Below are positions 62,701 through 64,000 of a stretch of DNA of 64,000 bases, piece by piece. The position numbers were made by a program, and so were the translations under genes. Each line of letters opens with the position of its first letter. Position 1 is the first letter of the stretch. Below the pieces are notes generated by a model that was given only the letters and a program-made list of their open reading frames with translations, did not search any database and was not told the origin of the DNA. Source of the stretch: Callorhinchus milii (lineage: Eukaryota); NCBI RefSeq assembly GCF_018977255.1, contig NW_024704743.1:93932001-93996000 (forward strand), read 5' to 3'.

Positions 62701-63904
62701 GAGTAGAGTTTGAGAGAAAGATACAAGAAAGAAATACACCAAGAGAAAGTCAGACAGAGAGTAGGTATTATTGTCACTGTATAACTCTTGATGGAAAGAA
62801 ATTTGTTTGTATTGTAGCCAATTCTGTATGCTACATGATGTTCCATTATCTGCATTGTTAATATATCCACAATGGGCCAGACCAAGTGCAGGTAACTGTC
62901 TACTCGATATAAATGCAAGTGGTTGTTATTGCTCCTCTAAGAGTGTAACAAAGGCACATTGTTGTACCAGTGTAGGAGTGTGCAGAACTGTGGTACAAGC
63001 TGTCATATGAATGATCTGATGCTTTGAAATAACCAGAAAGCTTTTTTTAACTACAAATGAGAGTACTGATGTTTCCTTTTATATAACTCCGTTTCTCACA
63101 GAGGTTTTCCTCCTGATCAGCCTGTGTCTTTAAAGGAGGTTGTGATGTGGCTATTGACTCAATGTGGACGACCCCAAACAGAGTGTCGACACAAATGTAT
63201 GGTACTATTTTACGAGCTGGTTCCCCTTCTACCAGGTTTGTTTTAATTCATTTTTAAGCTTATTTGGTCTTTTAATGATAAACGTGCGCTTACTTCCACT
63301 TAACAAAATACTCCAGAAATTACTCTTAGCAAATGTTTTTTTCTTTCCTAGCTCTTTAATAGTGTGATTATACTGTTCCCATGTCAACAATACTGCAGTG
63401 TGGAGCCTCTATCGTTTTCCGTTCCACATCGCCTTCAAATGGTACATGTGTAGAACAGCAAAATCATACCATTTCTTAAAAGAGTCATTAAAGAGCCACT
63501 CACGTTTTCCAAGTGGTTTCGGGAGAAGGATTCCACTTGAGTTCCAATGCTCTGTACAGCATTTTTCGATTACCTTGTCATAAATTGAACGAATGAGTTG
63601 TACCTGTGGTTAGGAACTGCTTATAACTGCTGTGAGTTCCTTTATTTAGGAAATAAGACACCGTCGTGTTGGTTAGCTGATGTTCTGAAGGAGAGAGGGG
63701 TTTCGTTCCTGATCGGCAAGTTTGAGAGTGCTGGTAGTGATCACGCCAAATGCTCAGGAATCATTTACCAGCCGACACTTAAAGATCTGCAAGAACCATT
63801 CAGTGTACGGGCTGCCCTGCAATGGATGGACATGTTACTGGCGGCTCTTGACTGTTATAATACGTTTGTAAGACTGGCCATGGTCAAACCCAGTGAACTT
63901 TTAG
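29623..63904 (+). CDS. PRKDC: PRKDC (DNA-PKcs), N-terminal ~1288 codons, exons 1-31; gene continues beyond window
   Basis: 31 exons with consistent phases (3865 nt). Recognisable DNA-PKcs HEAT-region peptides, e.g. [103 protein letters not shown]. Head-to-head with MCM4 as in mammals. Confidence 0.98.
29797..30097. repeat. Pentamer-based satellite (GCTCG/GCTCA/GCACA/GCTCT) at the start of PRKDC intron 1
   Basis: Read directly. Confidence 0.95.
30444..30770 (-). mobile_element. Same SINE family, full length
   Basis: Near-identical to the 10266 and 40320 copies. Confidence 0.9.
32721..32797 (+). CDS. PRKDC: PRKDC exon 2
   Basis: [21 protein letters not shown]; 77 nt. Confidence 0.93.
32903..32995 (+). 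CDS. PRKDC: PRKDC exon 3
   Basis: [12 protein letters not shown]...YACDIK; 93 nt. Confidence 0.92.
34501..34575 (+). CDS. PRKDC: PRKDC exon 4
   Basis: [23 protein letters not shown]; 75 nt. Confidence 0.93.
35170..35278 (+). CDS. PRKDC: PRKDC exon 5
   Basis: [14 protein letters not shown]...PDT; 109 nt. Confidence 0.93.
35649..35761 (+). CDS. PRKDC: PRKDC exon 6
   Basis: [17 protein letters not shown]; 113 nt. Confidence 0.94.
36170..37665 (+). mobile_element. 5'-truncated CR1 LINE (RT to 3' end)
   Basis: [54 protein letters not shown]; stops, frameshifts and an internal deletion near 36680. Confidence 0.93.
37930..38029 (+). CDS. PRKDC: PRKDC exon 7
   Basis: MTSATREPK...NFTKSMEE; 100 nt. 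Confidence 0.94.
38128..38183 (+). CDS. PRKDC: PRKDC exon 8
   Basis: [19 protein letters not shown]; 56 nt. Confidence 0.92.
39141..39171 (+). CDS. PRKDC: PRKDC exon 9 (31-nt exon)
   Basis: cag|[11 protein letters not shown]|gtaag. Confidence 0.92.
39418..39736 (+). mobile_element. Same SINE family, full length
   Basis: tRNA head can fold into a near-complete cloverleaf with TGC anticodon; body and tail present. Confidence 0.9.
40070..40318. mobile_element. Palindromic Penelope-like retroelement remnant with hammerhead-type motifs
   Basis: Arms 40070-40170 and 40181-40281 are near-perfect reverse complements; each carries CTGACGA-A-GGGTC-nnn-GACCC-GAAA-CG-TT. Confidence 0.75.
40180..40216 (+). 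ncRNA. Candidate minimal type I hammerhead ribozyme (mirror copy on minus strand at 40135-40171)
   Basis: CUGANGA 40184-40190, extra A, 5-bp helix II, GAAA 40205-40208, palindromic ACGU in place of helix III, UH 40211-40212, short helix I AGUU/GACU. Confidence 0.55.
40320..40657 (-). mobile_element. Same SINE family, full length
   Basis: Head, body and long (TAA)n. Confidence 0.9.
41188..41345 (+). CDS. PRKDC: PRKDC exon 10
   Basis: [13 protein letters not shown]...ALESFLKQ; 158 nt. Confidence 0.95.
41490..44190 (-). mobile_element. CR1 LINE relic (end of endonuclease through RT and 3' end)
   Basis: [39 protein letters not shown] on the minus strand, fragmented. Confidence 0.92.
43428..43743 (+). 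mobile_element. Same SINE family, nested in a CR1 LINE
   Basis: Interrupts the minus-strand CR1 ORF2 relic, which resumes on both sides. Confidence 0.9.
45325..45640 (+). mobile_element. Older DeuSINE-like element
   Basis: GGCTCAGTTGGCAGCACTCT...GGGTTCAAACTCC head plus Deu-like core. Confidence 0.7.
45640..46320. mobile_element. Two abutting CR1 fragments in opposite orientation
   Basis: Plus: [15 protein letters not shown] (45640-45990). Minus: [14 protein letters not shown] / GVPQGS (45995-46320). Confidence 0.8.
46594..46740 (+). CDS. PRKDC: PRKDC exon 11
   Basis: VAENAHLHK...[13 protein letters not shown]; 147 nt. Confidence 0.95.
47050..47148. repeat. ~37-bp C-rich tandem repeat (about 3 units) inside an L2 3' UTR
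   Basis: CCCTCACCCTGACCATTTCCCCC repeated. Confidence 0.85.
47927..48091 (+). CDS. PRKDC: PRKDC exon 12
   Basis: PCK...[16 protein letters not shown]; 165 nt. Confidence 0.95.
48298..48466 (+). CDS. PRKDC: PRKDC exon 13
   Basis: [18 protein letters not shown]...[12 protein letters not shown]; 169 nt. Confidence 0.95.
49261..49310 (+). CDS. PRKDC: PRKDC exon 14
   Basis: [13 protein letters not shown]; 50 nt. Confidence 0.94.
49687..49824 (+). CDS. PRKDC: PRKDC exon 15
   Basis: [20 protein letters not shown]; acceptor at 49686 is the best in-phase AG. Confidence 0.88.
49936..50085 (+). CDS. PRKDC: PRKDC exon 16
   Basis: [23 protein letters not shown]; 150 nt. Confidence 0.92.
51425..51540 (+). 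CDS. PRKDC: PRKDC exon 17
   Basis: [25 protein letters not shown]; 116 nt. Confidence 0.94.
52263..52422 (+). CDS. PRKDC: PRKDC exon 18
   Basis: [11 protein letters not shown]...[11 protein letters not shown]; 160 nt. Confidence 0.95.
52860..52946 (+). CDS. PRKDC: PRKDC exon 19
   Basis: [17 protein letters not shown]; 87 nt. Confidence 0.93.
53170..53435 (-). mobile_element. Older DeuSINE-like element
   Basis: Same head and core as the 45325 copy, reverse orientation. Confidence 0.7.
53939..54058 (+). CDS. PRKDC: PRKDC exon 20
   Basis: [13 protein letters not shown]...YIPALQ; 120 nt. Confidence 0.95.
55017..55173 (+). CDS. PRKDC: PRKDC exon 21
   Basis: [12 protein letters not shown]...LDGYLKT; 157 nt. 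Confidence 0.94.
56447..56553 (+). CDS. PRKDC: PRKDC exon 22
   Basis: EAQNNWE...; phases match both neighbours; 107 nt. Confidence 0.85.
57058..57148 (+). CDS. PRKDC: PRKDC exon 23
   Basis: [14 protein letters not shown]; 91 nt. Confidence 0.93.
57885..58048 (+). CDS. PRKDC: PRKDC exon 24
   Basis: [17 protein letters not shown]...SASDRQTK; 164 nt. Confidence 0.95.
58442..58761 (-). mobile_element. Same SINE family, full length
   Basis: Head, body and tail. Further 3' fragments near 2430, 6600, 9415, 18672, 31400, 36005, 40755, 47690, 49475 and 50825. Confidence 0.9.
59033..59179 (+). CDS. PRKDC: PRKDC exon 25
   Basis: VAACELLHS...[12 protein letters not shown]; 147 nt. Confidence 0.95.
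59507..59614 (+). CDS. PRKDC: PRKDC exon 26
   Basis: [18 protein letters not shown]...LEAIL; 108 nt. Confidence 0.95.
60901..61127 (+). CDS. PRKDC: PRKDC exon 27 (GC donor)
   Basis: [16 protein letters not shown]...LYREF AG|gcaagt; 227 nt. Confidence 0.94.
61724..61818 (+). CDS. PRKDC: PRKDC exon 28
   Basis: [13 protein letters not shown]...ESLALAHAD; 95 nt. Confidence 0.94.
62275..62374 (+). CDS. PRKDC: PRKDC exon 29
   Basis: [13 protein letters not shown]; 100 nt. Confidence 0.95.
63102..63235 (+). CDS. PRKDC: PRKDC exon 30
   Basis: GFPP...[16 protein letters not shown]; 134 nt. Confidence 0.95.
63650..63904 (+). CDS. PRKDC: PRKDC exon 31
   Basis: GNKTPSCWL...[16 protein letters not shown]; 255 nt. 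Confidence 0.95.
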
Positions 63905-64000
63905 GTGAATATTCATTTGTGTGCACATATAGAAATTGTTCCTTTCGTTACAACTCCTTTGCTGGTCACAACAGTCCAATTAGAAGAGTTGCTATTGAAG

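Overview
Vertebrate nuclear DNA; the repeat content (tRNA-headed Deu-domain SINEs, L2 and CR1 LINE relics, a Penelope-type palindrome) suggests a cartilaginous fish, which is an inference. The window holds the conserved UBE2V2 - MCM4 - PRKDC neighbourhood. (1) A CpG-island promoter and probable first coding exon of a minus-strand gene at ~3.0-4.3 kb, called UBE2V2 from synteny only. (2) Complete MCM4 on the minus strand, with 16 coding exons at 12855-26431. (3) The first 31 exons of PRKDC (DNA-PKcs) on the plus strand from 29623, running off the window end. MCM4 and PRKDC are head-to-head across a GC-rich, E2F-site-bearing promoter packed with three unrelated tandem repeats. Exon boundaries were mapped by hand and all splice phases are consistent except one: MCM4 exon 17458-17664 is 1 nt short, giving a frameshift, most likely an assembly error. 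Other notable items: a ~100-bp-arm palindrome with two minimal hammerhead-ribozyme motifs nested between inverted SINEs in PRKDC intron 9; a GC-AG intron in PRKDC; a young, apparently chimeric SINE family with two 3' stem-loop variants; and several perfect hairpins. I found no convincing novel protein-coding system. Most short ORFs in the track are repeat-derived.
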